DNA of 64,000 bases from Candidatus Omnitrophota bacterium (lineage in GTDB: Bacteria > Omnitrophota > Gorgyraeia > S143-82), in contig WGAY01000064.1 in the NCBI GenBank assembly GCA_015494585.1, positions 16,976 through 80,975 on the forward strand, in the 5' to 3' direction. The translations under genes were made by a program, and so were the position numbers. A model generated the notes under the pieces. That model did not search any database and was not told the origin of the DNA. It was given only the letters and a program-made list of their open reading frames with translations. Positions 52,283 to 61,350 of the stretch are shown here, one piece after another. How positions within the stretch are numbered: the stretch's first letter is position 1; every line of letters starts with the position of its first letter.

Positions 52283-53059
52283 GTGAATATAAAACGATTA
52301 TTAATCTATTCCTTTGTTATTCTATTTCTGGGGATTACGTTGCGCTTGGTTATGCCTTCATTTCTAAGCGGCCTTTCCTCGCCTATGGGTTCTATAAGAA
52401 GGGCGAGTAATCTAGTATTGGGACTGTTGCATTACCCCCGGATATATAAGGAATATCAAAGACTCCTTGCTAAGGATAGAGAGATTAGTTTTTACGAGAA
52501 TTACAATCAGTCCTTAAAGGAGGAAAATAAACGCCTAAGGGCCATGCTCAATATGCCGCCGACCGCTGGTTTTGATTACATATTCGCCGATGTTATCGCA
52601 AGTCCCTTATCTGGTAAAGGAGACTTTTTTTATATAGATGCAGGTAAGGATAAGGGGGTAAGGGTTGGAATGGGGGTTATCTTGTCTGGCTATGTTGTTG
52701 CTGGCAGGGTGGTCGAGGTGAGAAAACATATTTCGAAGGTATCGTTTTTATGGAATGTAAATTTTTCCTGTGCTGCCATGGATGAGTTTTCTAAAGAAGA
52801 AGGAGTGGTCGTTGGCGGCAGGCCTGTGCGTCTTAGGTTTCTGAGTCAGAAGAGCCATGTAGAGGTAGGTGATGTAGTAAGGACATCTGTATTGAGTCTA
52901 TTTTTTCCGCCGGGATCGCTTATAGGTGAAATTGTAGGTTTTAAGTGCAAGCCAGGACAAGTGGAGTGTTTTGCGGAGATTCGTCCGTGTATAGAAGGAA
53001 TGTCTATTTATCAGGTTATAGTACTGTCTCCCAGAAGAGATACGGGTTTATTAGAATAA
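52283..53059 (+). CDS. mreC: Rod shape-determining protein MreC
   Basis: N-terminal TM, coiled-coil region (KEENKRLRAMLN), two beta-domains with G/V-rich motifs; precedes mreD-like and PBP2. GTG start. Confidence 0.75.
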   Translation: MNIKRLLIYSFVILFLGITLRLVMPSFLSGLSSPMGSIRRASNLVLGLLHYPRIYKEYQRLLAKDREISFYENYNQSLKEENKRLRAMLNMPPTAGFDYIFADVIASPLSGKGDFFYIDAGKDKGVRVGMGVILSGYVVAGRVVEVRKHISKVSFLWNVNFSCAAMDEFSKEEGVVVGGRPVRLRFLSQKSHVEVGDVVRTSVLSLFFPPGSLIGEIVGFKCKPGQVECFAEIRPCIEGMSIYQVIVLSPRRDTGLLE

Positions 53060-53100
53060 TCCTTTTATTTTGCCTCTTTCTCTTTGATATCTCTTCAGGG

Positions 53101-53397
53101 ATGCCCATATCTTTTTCTTTTCTATATGCTACTTTAATATCTGATTTTTGGTTGATAATCTTATGGGCGTTACTGTGTGATGCATTTGTGGGAGGTTTCC
53201 CTGTTTATCTGCCTATAGGATTGTTAATATCCCTTGTTGTTTGTAAGGTAAAAAAGATCTGGATAAGATTTATTTCCCTGACTATTTTGCTATGGGTGGT
53301 TTCTCCAATGTCTATGATGCCGTCAGGTTGGGGTTTGGCGCTGACTCTCTTTATATATGGGGCTTGGTCAGTCTATGGACAAGATATTGAGAATTAA
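53101..53397 (+). CDS. MreD-like small membrane protein (start uncertain)
   Basis: Three TM helices in the mreD position between mreC and PBP2. 98 aa from ATG 53101; the frame is open for another 52 codons upstream with no clear start codon. Confidence 0.35.
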   Translation: MPISFSFLYATLISDFWLIILWALLCDAFVGGFPVYLPIGLLISLVVCKVKKIWIRFISLTILLWVVSPMSMMPSGWGLALTLFIYGAWSVYGQDIEN

Positions 53398-55099
53398 CAT
53401 ACTACGCTGGACAATAGTTGGGATGTGGTTTTTATTGTCTATGGGCCTGTTTCATTTACAGGTTTTGCGTTGGCAGTATTACTATAAAAAGAGCCAGGAG
53501 AACTTTGTCAGAATGATTCCTTTGCCTGCACCCCGTGGGGATATTCTCGATAGAAAGATGCGCGTGCTGGCCTATAATACCCTTGCCTTTGATGTTGCGA
53601 TAAACCCACAAGCAAAGGATAGGGAGATCGCTTTTAAGGTCCTGGCGCGCTTATTGGATATTTCCATAGATAAACTCAAAAAAGAATATAAAAAAAATTA
53701 TCTTGCTCCCTTTATTCCGGTAGTAATCTATAGAGACATACCCAAAAAGCTTGCCCTAAAAATAGAGGAGTTGAGGTTTGTTTATCCTCAGATAACTGTT
53801 TTGATAAGACCCAAAAGGGTCTATCCCTGGGGAGAGGTTGTTTCACATGTACTGGGATATGTACGACCTATAGATAAACAGCGCCTGCGTCTTTTGAAAA
53901 AATACGGCTACTCCAGGCGCGATGAGGTGGGCTACACCGGAGTAGAGGAGGAGTATGACCCTTATTTGAAGGGCCGTCCTGGGCTGGTAAAGATTGCAGT
54001 AGATAGTCGCGGAAGAAAAGTAGAATTGTTATCCGAGAAGCTGCCTGAAAAAGGGCAAAGCCTTGTATTGACGATAGACAAGGATATCCAGGAGATTGTG
54101 TTCAATCACCTAAAAGGCCATAATGGCAGTGTAATTATGATGGACCCTTTTTCGGGTGAGGTCCTGGCAATGGTGAACTGGCCTTCCTATGATAATAACC
54201 TGTTCCTATCTGGCAGCGACAATCAGAAAAAGACGGCCATCCTCAAGGACCAATCCTTTCCCTTGCTTAACCGTGCTATGGCTGGTCTTTATCCGCCTGG
54301 TTCAACCTTTAAGATACTGATGGCCGCGGCCGCACTTGATTCTGGCATCATTAACATTAATACGAGATTTTACTGCCCCGGATTTGTTAAATTGGGTGGA
54401 GTGCGGTTTGGGTGTGTGCATATTCATAAAGATGAGAATGTAATTGAGGCGCTTGCCCATTCCTGTAATGTCTTTTTTTATAATCTTGGTGTCAAGCTTG
54501 GTGTGGATAATATCGATCTATATGCGGAGCGCCTTGGTGTGGGAAGAAAGACGGAAATAGACCTGCCAGGTGAAAAGAATGGCCTGTTGCCAGGGAGGAG
54601 ATGGAAGCAACAGACCCTGCATCAAGGCTGGTTTGAGGGTGATACCCTCAATCTCTCTATTGGTCAAGGGTATCTATTAATGACCCCGATCCAGGTCCTT
54701 ATGCTGGGTGCAGTGGTTGCCAATGGGGGATTTATAGTAAGACCTTTTGTAGTCAAATATTCAGGAGATTACGAAGTAAATTACACTAGCAAAAAAGACA
54801 CAGGTATTCCTAGAGAGGTTTGGAAAATAGTTGAAAACGGTCTGGAATCTGCCGTATCCTTTTCGGATGGCACGGCGCACATTTTGTCTTCCATAGATGG
54901 GGTGCGGGTGGCTGGTAAGACAGGTACTGCGCAGAGTAAGCCTGGTAGGCCTGCCCATGGGTGGTTCGTCGGATTTTTCCCGGTAGAACGGCCTAAGTAT
55001 GCCGTGGTCATATTTTTGGAATACGGAAAGAGTAGTTATTATGCCTGTGAGCTTTTGAAAGAAATAATAGAAGAGATGGTGACTAAGGGATTAGTTTAG
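53357..55099 (+). CDS. mrdA: Penicillin-binding protein 2 (elongasome transpeptidase)
   Basis: 580 aa. N-terminal anchor, dimerisation domain, transpeptidase STFK (PGSTFKIL), SCN (AHSCNVFF), KTGT (GKTGTAQ). Confidence 0.88.
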   Translation: MGLGQSMDKILRINILRWTIVGMWFLLSMGLFHLQVLRWQYYYKKSQENFVRMIPLPAPRGDILDRKMRVLAYNTLAFDVAINPQAKDREIAFKVLARLLDISIDKLKKEYKKNYLAPFIPVVIYRDIPKKLALKIEELRFVYPQITVLIRPKRVYPWGEVVSHVLGYVRPIDKQRLRLLKKYGYSRRDEVGYTGVEEEYDPYLKGRPGLVKIAVDSRGRKVELLSEKLPEKGQSLVLTIDKDIQEIVFNHLKGHNGSVIMMDPFSGEVLAMVNWPSYDNNLFLSGSDNQKKTAILKDQSFPLLNRAMAGLYPPGSTFKILMAAAALDSGIININTRFYCPGFVKLGGVRFGCVHIHKDENVIEALAHSCNVFFYNLGVKLGVDNIDLYAERLGVGRKTEIDLPGEKNGLLPGRRWKQQTLHQGWFEGDTLNLSIGQGYLLMTPIQVLMLGAVVANGGFIVRPFVVKYSGDYEVNYTSKKDTGIPREVWKIVENGLESAVSFSDGTAHILSSIDGVRVAGKTGTAQSKPGRPAHGWFVGFFPVERPKYAVVIFLEYGKSSYYACELLKEIIEEMVTKGLV

Positions 55100-55144
55100 A
55101 CAGCACTTTATTTGAAGAGGAAATGTGAGGCTGATAGTATATTT

Positions 55145-55171
55145 CTTTTTTCCTTTGTTCCTTGATATAAT
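55145..55171 (+). promoter_or_regulatory. Putative promoter with extended -10 (TGaTATAAT) upstream of the nif3-like gene
   Basis: TGATATAAT at 55163-55171; weak T-rich -35. Confidence 0.35.
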
Positions 55172-55288
55172 GGCTAGAGGAAAATGTTAAGGTATCGAGG
55201 GATTGAGGAAGAAGATAATTTGGAGGTTAGATCATAGAAAGGCTATATCTGTGTAAAGAGGATTTGCATAATCTGAGGTGAAACGAGG

Positions 55289-55322
55289 TTAGGCTATAAA
55301 TATACTTAGGCTATAAATATAC
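55289..55322 (+). repeat. Perfect 17-bp tandem direct repeat (TTAGGCTATAAATATAC x2) immediately upstream of the nif3-like RBS
   Basis: Two identical adjacent copies at 55289-55305 and 55306-55322. Each contains TATAAATAT. Confidence 0.8.
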
Positions 55323-55341
55323 AAAGAAAGGAGATGTAGAT

Positions 55342-56301
55342 ATGAGGCTTAGGCAACTATACGATAAGGTGATAGAGATAGGGATTGAACATGATCCAAG
55401 GGATGGGGATAGCATTGAGGCAGTGATGGCCAGGTGGGAGAAGGCCTATAGCCAGTTGTCTGATAAAGAAAAGGAATTTTTTGATAAGGAATTATTAAGG
55501 CATCCATTTGCGGATACCCGCATACTCAATGGTACCGGAGAGGAGGAGATAGAATCGGTCTTTGTCGGGATAGATATCGATGTCTCTGAGGTCGTATTGG
55601 TGGATAGAATGAGGGAGAAGGGCGAAAGGATAGACGCGCTAATATCCCACCACCCATCGGCTCGAGCCTGGGCCCAGTTTTACGAGGTGATGGATATGCA
55701 GACCGATATATTAGAGCACCTTGGTGTCAATCCTGTTGTCTCTGAAAAGTTGCTTCAGGAGCGCAAGGCCCAGGTTAAGAGGAAGGTAATGCCTGCCAAT
55801 CATTTTCGAGGTATCTCAGCGGCTCAGATACTGCAGATCCCCTGGATGTGTGCCCATACCCCGGCAGACAACTGTGTCTACGACTATCTAAAAGAATTGT
55901 TCGAAAGGCAGGCGCCTCGCAGCGTGGGCGATATCATAGATATACTCTATGAGATTCCAGAATATCAGGAAGGCGCCAGGCGCGGAAGCCCTCCAGTTAT
56001 ATTACTGGGGAATAAATCTAACCGGGCAGGCAAAGTCGCCCTTGAAATGACTGGCGGGACAGAGCCCTCAGTTGAAAATTATCAGTATCTTGCTCAGTCT
56101 GGAACCGGAACTATTGTCGGTATGCACTTCAGTGAAGAGCACTATAAAAAGGCAAAGGAGGCCCGTCTGAACCTTATCGTTGCCGGGCATATGGCAAGTG
56201 ATACCCTTGGGATGAACCTGCTCCTAGACGAGATAGAGGCATCGCTTGGCCACTTGAATATCCTATCAGGCTCAGGATTCTACAGGATAAGCCATAGGTA
56301 G
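55342..56301 (+). CDS. Nif3-family dinuclear metal centre protein (GTP cyclohydrolase 1 type 2 homolog), tentative
   Basis: LISHHPS (HHP) motif and C-terminal VAGHMASDTLGM resembling the NIF3 GHYxTE metal-ligand segment. Weak N-terminal match. Confidence 0.5.
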   Translation: MRLRQLYDKVIEIGIEHDPRDGDSIEAVMARWEKAYSQLSDKEKEFFDKELLRHPFADTRILNGTGEEEIESVFVGIDIDVSEVVLVDRMREKGERIDALISHHPSARAWAQFYEVMDMQTDILEHLGVNPVVSEKLLQERKAQVKRKVMPANHFRGISAAQILQIPWMCAHTPADNCVYDYLKELFERQAPRSVGDIIDILYEIPEYQEGARRGSPPVILLGNKSNRAGKVALEMTGGTEPSVENYQYLAQSGTGTIVGMHFSEEHYKKAKEARLNLIVAGHMASDTLGMNLLLDEIEASLGHLNILSGSGFYRISHR

Positions 56302-56331
56302 TGATTGCTTACAGGCATAAGGGGTAATTTT

Positions 56332-57210
56332 ATGCGCATAACTGTACTGGGGGCCGATGGCCAGCTCGGGACGGATGTCCTTGATTTGCTTTCGAAGGAT
56401 TTGCCTGTCAACGGCCTTACAAGAGAGGACTTTGATGCCACTGATAGGGATGTCTTTAGACAGCTGAGGCCGCTTTTGGAGAATAGCGATATAGTGATAA
56501 ACTGTGTCGCCTATACGGATGTCGACAGGGCAGAAGAGGAGGAGGCCCTGGCCTATAGGCTAAATGCAGAATTCCCTAAGGGTCTGGCAAAAATATTGGG
56601 GAGCTCTAATAAGCTATTATTTCACATAAGCACTGATTATGTCTTTTCAGGACGTTTGGGGCGGCCTTATAGAGAAGATGATACTCCTGATCCGATCAAT
56701 GTTTACGGGAAGACAAAGCTGGCAGGTGAAAGGGCCGTCTTGAGCTTATGTCCCAGACACTTTATATTTAGGACGGCTGGTTTGTTTGGTAAGGCAGGGC
56801 CAAGCGGCAAATCAGGCAATTTTATAGACACGATAATAAAGCTCGCCAGAGAAAGGGCTTTGCTAAAGGTCGTTGATGATCAGCTAACCAGTCCCACCCA
56901 TACCTTGGATGTGGCCAGGGCAATAAAAGTCTTTATTGAAAAGGGTGTTGGAGAATACGGAATATTTAATGTGGTAAGCAGTGGATATTGTTCGTGGTAT
57001 AAATTAGCGAATTATATTGTGCAGCGGCTTGGCATAGAGACGCAGGTTGTTCCGGTCTCTTCGGACGAGTTTCCCAGACCAGCAGCCAGACCGAAGTTTT
57101 CTGCCCTTGATAATTCGAAGGTATCGAAATGGTATAATATGCCTTACTGGCAGGATGCAGTAGAGGAGTATCTCAGGATAAAGATGTTGCTGCCGAAAGG
57201 AGAGAGATAG
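56332..57210 (+). CDS. dTDP-4-dehydrorhamnose reductase-like NAD(P)-dependent epimerase/reductase (RmlD family)
   Basis: MRITVLGADGQLG Rossmann start; size and YxxxK region typical of RmlD. ATG 56332 preferred over the track start at 56305. Confidence 0.65.
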   Translation: MRITVLGADGQLGTDVLDLLSKDLPVNGLTREDFDATDRDVFRQLRPLLENSDIVINCVAYTDVDRAEEEEALAYRLNAEFPKGLAKILGSSNKLLFHISTDYVFSGRLGRPYREDDTPDPINVYGKTKLAGERAVLSLCPRHFIFRTAGLFGKAGPSGKSGNFIDTIIKLARERALLKVVDDQLTSPTHTLDVARAIKVFIEKGVGEYGIFNVVSSGYCSWYKLANYIVQRLGIETQVVPVSSDEFPRPAARPKFSALDNSKVSKWYNMPYWQDAVEEYLRIKMLLPKGER

Positions 57211-58016
57211 TGCCGGAGCTGCCTGAAGTAGAAATAATAGTAAGACGTATAAGGAAGGTATTTCTAGGATCGGTTGTCTCTGATATTGTTTTGCCTTCTA
57301 AAAGGGCTATATCTTCAATGGGCAAGTTGCGTCAGAGACTAGTGGGCCAGAGGTTAGAAGATGTCTTAAGACGAGGCAAGGCGATGGTCTTGAAGATAGG
57401 CCAGGGTTTTCTCATCGTCCACCTGCGTTTGAATGGTCAGGTCTGCATTGTACGTGATATGCCCAGATATTGCATCTTTGGGATGTTGTTTGAGGAAAAG
57501 GAGTATAATCTCTATATATGTGATTTTCGAGGCCTTGCCCAGGTAAAGTGGGTCGAAGACATCGATGAGGAGGAATTTATTAAGGGCCTTGGTCCGGATG
57601 TCCTCTATGACGATCTGCCCTTTGATTACTTCTATGATAGGCTCAAGAGGAATAGAGGGAGTATAAAGACCCTGCTTATGGATCAGCGTTTTATCTCGGG
57701 TATAGGGAATATCTACGCAGTCGAGGCCTTGTTTCGGGCAGGTATATCGCCACATAGGCCGGCCTCTTCTCTGTCTCGAGAAGAAGCAAAGAGGCTGCAT
57801 AGGGCCGTAAAGGAGGTAATTTCCTTGGCCGTAAAGAGGGCAGCAGTCCCTGAAAAGTACCTCAAGGACGATTCGCATAGTCCTGCAAAGAAGGCCTCCT
57901 GGGAGTTCTTCGTATATGGCAGAGAAGGACAGGAATGCAGGGTTTGTGGTGGTAAGATAAAGAAGATGAAGATAGCAGGTAGAGGGACATACTTTTGTCC
58001 GAATTGTCAGGTATGA
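57210..58016 (+). CDS. mutM: Formamidopyrimidine-DNA glycosylase
   Basis: N-terminal MPELPEVE catalytic Pro2/Glu3; C-terminal zinc finger CRVCGGKIKKMKIAGRGTYFCPNCQ. Confidence 0.88.
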   Translation: MPELPEVEIIVRRIRKVFLGSVVSDIVLPSKRAISSMGKLRQRLVGQRLEDVLRRGKAMVLKIGQGFLIVHLRLNGQVCIVRDMPRYCIFGMLFEEKEYNLYICDFRGLAQVKWVEDIDEEEFIKGLGPDVLYDDLPFDYFYDRLKRNRGSIKTLLMDQRFISGIGNIYAVEALFRAGISPHRPASSLSREEAKRLHRAVKEVISLAVKRAAVPEKYLKDDSHSPAKKASWEFFVYGREGQECRVCGGKIKKMKIAGRGTYFCPNCQV

Positions 58017-58017
58017 T

Positions 58018-59106
58018 ATGGATGGATTGTTCAGGATCATAGATGCCAATATCAATAGGGCGCAAGAGGGCCTCAGGGTAATTGAGGATTTCTATCGTTA
58101 CCGATTTGACGAGGAGGATAAAGAGGCCCATAAGAGGCTGCGCACCCTGCGTCACAGGTTCTCAGAGGTTGCAAGGTCCCTGACAGAGTCCTACCCACTC
58201 CTGAAAGAGAGGGATACGGATTCGGATGAGGGCAGGTCTAATAGCATTTCTTCCTATCGAGAGAAATCTGATCTGGTTTATGCCAATTTTCAGAGGGTTA
58301 AGCAGGCATTGCGGGTTATCGAGGAGGCTATGCGGCTTGTGCCTGATATAGGTGCCTCAGAGCTGGTGCGGGAGATTCGATTTCTTGTCTACGATTTGGA
58401 GAGAGAGCTGCTGGGGGCGGATATCGATAGCAGTGGCCTGGATAGGAGGGGATTGTTGCGCAAGACAGAGGGCACCGTTAGGCTATATCTTATATATGAT
58501 CTTGACCTACTTAAGGGGATGGGCGTTGAGAATAAGAGGCTGTATGGGTTTGCTAGGGAATTATTAGAGGCAGGAGTCGATATCCTTCAGCTCCGCTTTT
58601 CATCGGATATAGATGATGCCCTGGTACTGGATCTGGCGAAGGCGCTGGTGGCTATGACCGAGGGGACAGATAGGCTTATTTTCGTAAATAATCGTGCGGA
58701 TATAGCCAGGCTCTCTGCTGCGAACCTCCACATCGGCCAGAGGGACATTCCCCCTGCCGATGCAAGGAGGATAGTCTCTGAGACAACGCTGATAGGGCTT
58801 TCCTGTCATTCAGATGAAGAGATATTGAAGGCCCAGGAATTGCCTGTAGATTATTTTACTATTGGACCTATATTCAAAACGGCTACTAAACCGGATTACA
58901 AACCAGTAGGGATTAAGTTGGTGGAAAGGTGGCATAGATTAGAGAAACCCTTTGTCGTAATAGGTGGCATAACACTGGAAAATCTTTCCCCTATATTGGA
59001 GTTTGGTCCAATGGCAGTGTGCGTGTGCAGGGATATACTCTGCGCCGAGGATCCGCTTGTCAGGGTGAGGCAGTATAAGGCAGTGCTTTCCTCGATTGAA
59101 AAATAG
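58018..59106 (+). CDS. thiE: Thiamine-phosphate synthase with about 150-aa N-terminal extension of unknown function
   Basis: The C-terminal 210 aa carry the ThiE/TMP-TENI fold (LIGLSCHSDEE, GPIFKTATKPD, VVIGGI). The N-terminal 150 aa are helical and charged. Confidence 0.65.
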   Translation: MDGLFRIIDANINRAQEGLRVIEDFYRYRFDEEDKEAHKRLRTLRHRFSEVARSLTESYPLLKERDTDSDEGRSNSISSYREKSDLVYANFQRVKQALRVIEEAMRLVPDIGASELVREIRFLVYDLERELLGADIDSSGLDRRGLLRKTEGTVRLYLIYDLDLLKGMGVENKRLYGFARELLEAGVDILQLRFSSDIDDALVLDLAKALVAMTEGTDRLIFVNNRADIARLSAANLHIGQRDIPPADARRIVSETTLIGLSCHSDEEILKAQELPVDYFTIGPIFKTATKPDYKPVGIKLVERWHRLEKPFVVIGGITLENLSPILEFGPMAVCVCRDILCAEDPLVRVRQYKAVLSSIEK

Positions 59107-59118
59107 TCTATTTTTTGT

Positions 59119-59146
59119 TTGACATCCAATGCCCTGTGTGTAAAAT
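59119..59146 (+). promoter_or_regulatory. Near-consensus sigma70 promoter for the Mrp/Mbh-type operon
   Basis: TTGACA (59119-59124), 16-nt spacer, TAAAAT (59141-59146); 32 nt upstream of the first gene. Confidence 0.55.
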
Positions 59147-59178
59147 AAGATAAATTTTCGGAGAGCAGGGGAACGTTT

Positions 59179-59511
59179 ATGGTGATTAAGTTTGTGATAT
59201 TTTTCCCAATCTACCTGATAGTCTTGCTCATAGAGATGCTAAGGGCAAATCTAGATGTAGCAATGCGGGTCATTAACCCTTCTCTGCCGATAAATCCCGG
59301 TATTGTTGAATTTAAGACAACATTAAAGTCCGATCTTTTGAAATTTATATTGGCAAATTCCATTACCCTGACGCCAGGTACGCTCACAATGGATGTGAAG
59401 GATAACTCTTTTTTCGTACACTGGATAGATGTAAAGGGGAATTCCGGAGATGACTATAGGCGTGCCATCTGTGGCAGGCTTGAGTCGATATTGAAGAGGA
59501 TAGAAGGATGA
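59179..59511 (+). CDS. Na+/H+ antiporter subunit E-like (MrpE/MnhE/MbhA-like)
   Basis: 110 aa; N-terminal TM helix and conserved NLDVAMRVINPSLPINPGIVEF segment of MrpE. Confidence 0.7.
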   Translation: MVIKFVIFFPIYLIVLLIEMLRANLDVAMRVINPSLPINPGIVEFKTTLKSDLLKFILANSITLTPGTLTMDVKDNSFFVHWIDVKGNSGDDYRRAICGRLESILKRIEG

Positions 59512-59747
59512 GTGCATTTCTGATAATAGTAACCATTGGCGTTGTGTTTGCTGGCCTGCGTTTTATTTTGGGGCCGCGGTTTTTCGATAGGATGGTGGCT
59601 GTAGATATCCTGACTACTATACTGGTATCAGCAATGGTGGTCCTGGCGGTTGTGCTGGGTGAGAGGATATTTCTGGATGTGGCGCTGGCGCTGGCAGCCG
59701 TGTCTTTTGTGGCGATGGTTGTGTTGGGAAGGTTTATCGAGGGATGA
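59508..59747 (+). CDS. Antiporter subunit F-like (MrpF/MnhF)
   Basis: 79 aa with three short TM helices; position after the E-like gene. Confidence 0.65.
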   Translation: MSAFLIIVTIGVVFAGLRFILGPRFFDRMVAVDILTTILVSAMVVLAVVLGERIFLDVALALAAVSFVAMVVLGRFIEG

Positions 59748-60055
59748 ATACGATAGGTAATGTGTTGATTATCATAGGCGGCCTATTTATGGCGCTTTCT
59801 GGTTTGGGGATACTTCGTATGCCAGATGTCTACAACCGCCTTCAGGCTGGTACGAAGGCCTCTACCCTGGGTGCGATATGTACGGTTGTTGGGGTTATGT
59901 TTTTGAGGCCAGGGTGGTGGCTGGAGTTGCTGGTGGTGCTTATTTTGCTTTTGTTGGGCGCGCCAGTGGCATCTTCGGTATTGGCTAGGGCGGTCCACTC
60001 AGAGACCGACTACAAAGCAGTGCTGGTAAAAGATGATCTAAAGGAGAAGGAATAA
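59744..60055 (+). CDS. Antiporter subunit G-like (MrpG/MnhG)
   Basis: 103 aa. LSGLGILRMPDVYNRLQAGTKASTLG motif typical of MrpG. Confidence 0.7.
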   Translation: MNTIGNVLIIIGGLFMALSGLGILRMPDVYNRLQAGTKASTLGAICTVVGVMFLRPGWWLELLVVLILLLLGAPVASSVLARAVHSETDYKAVLVKDDLKEKE

Positions 60056-60279
60056 TGCCTTATCTGGATGTAGTGGTGATAGTGTTAACGGGTATCTTTG
60101 CAGGGATAGCGGTCCTCTCAACGAGCCGCATTACTGCTGTGCTTTCCCTGGCGGTAATGAGCATAGGGTTGACCGCCAGCTTCTATCTCCTGCAGGCCCC
60201 TGATGTGGCTATGGCCGAGGCAGTAGTAGGGGCAGGGCTCTCTACGGGTCTGTTTTTATTTGCTATAAGGAGACTGTGA
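60055..60279 (+). CDS. Small membrane subunit, MrpB N-terminal-domain-like (MbhD-like)
   Basis: 74 aa, two TM helices; precedes the MrpB-like gene. Confidence 0.5.
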   Translation: MPYLDVVVIVLTGIFAGIAVLSTSRITAVLSLAVMSIGLTASFYLLQAPDVAMAEAVVGAGLSTGLFLFAIRRL

Positions 60280-60989
60280 TGCTGGAGGGGATGAATAGGA
60301 AGTACAACATATCTGGGATAATAGCAATTCTTGGGGTGATTTTTTTCTGCGGCACATTGGCAAAGCTGCTCTATACCGAGGTCCCCTTTGGAAAGGATAA
60401 AATGAATGTGGCCAAGGAATATGTAAAGATGGGCGCAAACTCCACGGGTGCCCAGAATATGGTTACCTCTGTAGTCCTTTCTTTCAGGGCATTGGACACG
60501 CTGGGCGAGGTGACTGTATTGTTTGCCTCTTCTATGGCAGTCGGCCTCTTGCTCCTGCCGGGTGGGATTATGTGGCGGAGGAAAGAGAATTTTGTCCTCG
60601 CATTTGCGAGCAAGTGGATGCCCTACCTCATAGGACTTATCGGTATCTATATCGTCCTTCAGGGACATCTGACACCAGGGGGAGGATTCCAGGGAGGTGT
60701 TATTATCGCAACCGGTATAATGCTCTATTTCCTGCTTTCAGGGGTAGAGATGAAGAGGGATAGGCTGGTCCATATCCTGGAGGCCCTTATGGGTGCGGGA
60801 TTCGTTGGCATTGGTCTCTGGGGCCTCTATAAGAATGGTTCGTTCTTGTATAATTTTCTCCCTCAGGGCAAGGTGGGCGAATTATTTAGCGCAGGTATAC
60901 TGCCTATGCTATATATATTGATAGGGATAAAGGTGGCGAGTGAATTTACGGCTATACTGGCCAGGTTTACCAGCAAGAACGAGGAATAG
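60276..60989 (+). CDS. Antiporter subunit B-like (MrpB/MnhB/MbhE-like)
   Basis: 237 aa polytopic membrane protein. GANSTGAQNMVTSVVLSFRALDTLGEVTVLF resembles MnhB. Confidence 0.65.
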   Translation: MMLEGMNRKYNISGIIAILGVIFFCGTLAKLLYTEVPFGKDKMNVAKEYVKMGANSTGAQNMVTSVVLSFRALDTLGEVTVLFASSMAVGLLLLPGGIMWRRKENFVLAFASKWMPYLIGLIGIYIVLQGHLTPGGGFQGGVIIATGIMLYFLLSGVEMKRDRLVHILEALMGAGFVGIGLWGLYKNGSFLYNFLPQGKVGELFSAGILPMLYILIGIKVASEFTAILARFTSKNEE

Positions 60990-60991
60990 CT

Positions 60992-61348
60992 ATGAATCTG
61001 GACTTTTATGCATTATCCATATTTTTGATAGGCGCAGGGTTGGCAGGAATATTCCTTAACCGGGATTTTGTAAAGATTCTGGTCAGCATATCTGTACTGG
61101 AGTCAGGGGTCAATCTGTTGCTTATAAGCATTGGTTATGTCCAGGGGAGACTGGCGCCGATATTGTTTTCGCAAGAATTAAAGGCCTCAGCAGTAGGCAA
61201 GGTGGTCGATCCGGTTCCTCAGGCGCTTGTGCTTACGGCGATTGTTATAGGCCTTGGCTTGTTGGCCTTTGGATTGTCCCTGGCGATATGGATGGCAAAG
61301 AACTTCGAGACAACCGATGTCTCTGAACTCAAGAGATTAAGAGGGTAG
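60992..61348 (+). CDS. Antiporter subunit C-like (MrpC / NuoK family)
   Basis: 118 aa, three TM helices. LESGVNLLLIS motif typical of NuoK/MrpC. Confidence 0.75.
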   Translation: MNLDFYALSIFLIGAGLAGIFLNRDFVKILVSISVLESGVNLLLISIGYVQGRLAPILFSQELKASAVGKVVDPVPQALVLTAIVIGLGLLAFGLSLAIWMAKNFETTDVSELKRLRG

Positions 61349-61350
61349 TT

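Noticed and set aside
57366-58055. 229-aa ORF on the - strand
   Set aside because: Antisense to mutM, whose N-terminal PELPEVE and C-terminal zinc finger are diagnostic. No independent support.
60183-60668. 161-aa ORF on the - strand and a 63-aa + ORF at 60572-60763 inside the mrp cluster
   Set aside because: Overlap the MrpB-like gene in other frames, with no membrane-protein-like or conserved features. The coding signal follows the + strand mrp frame.
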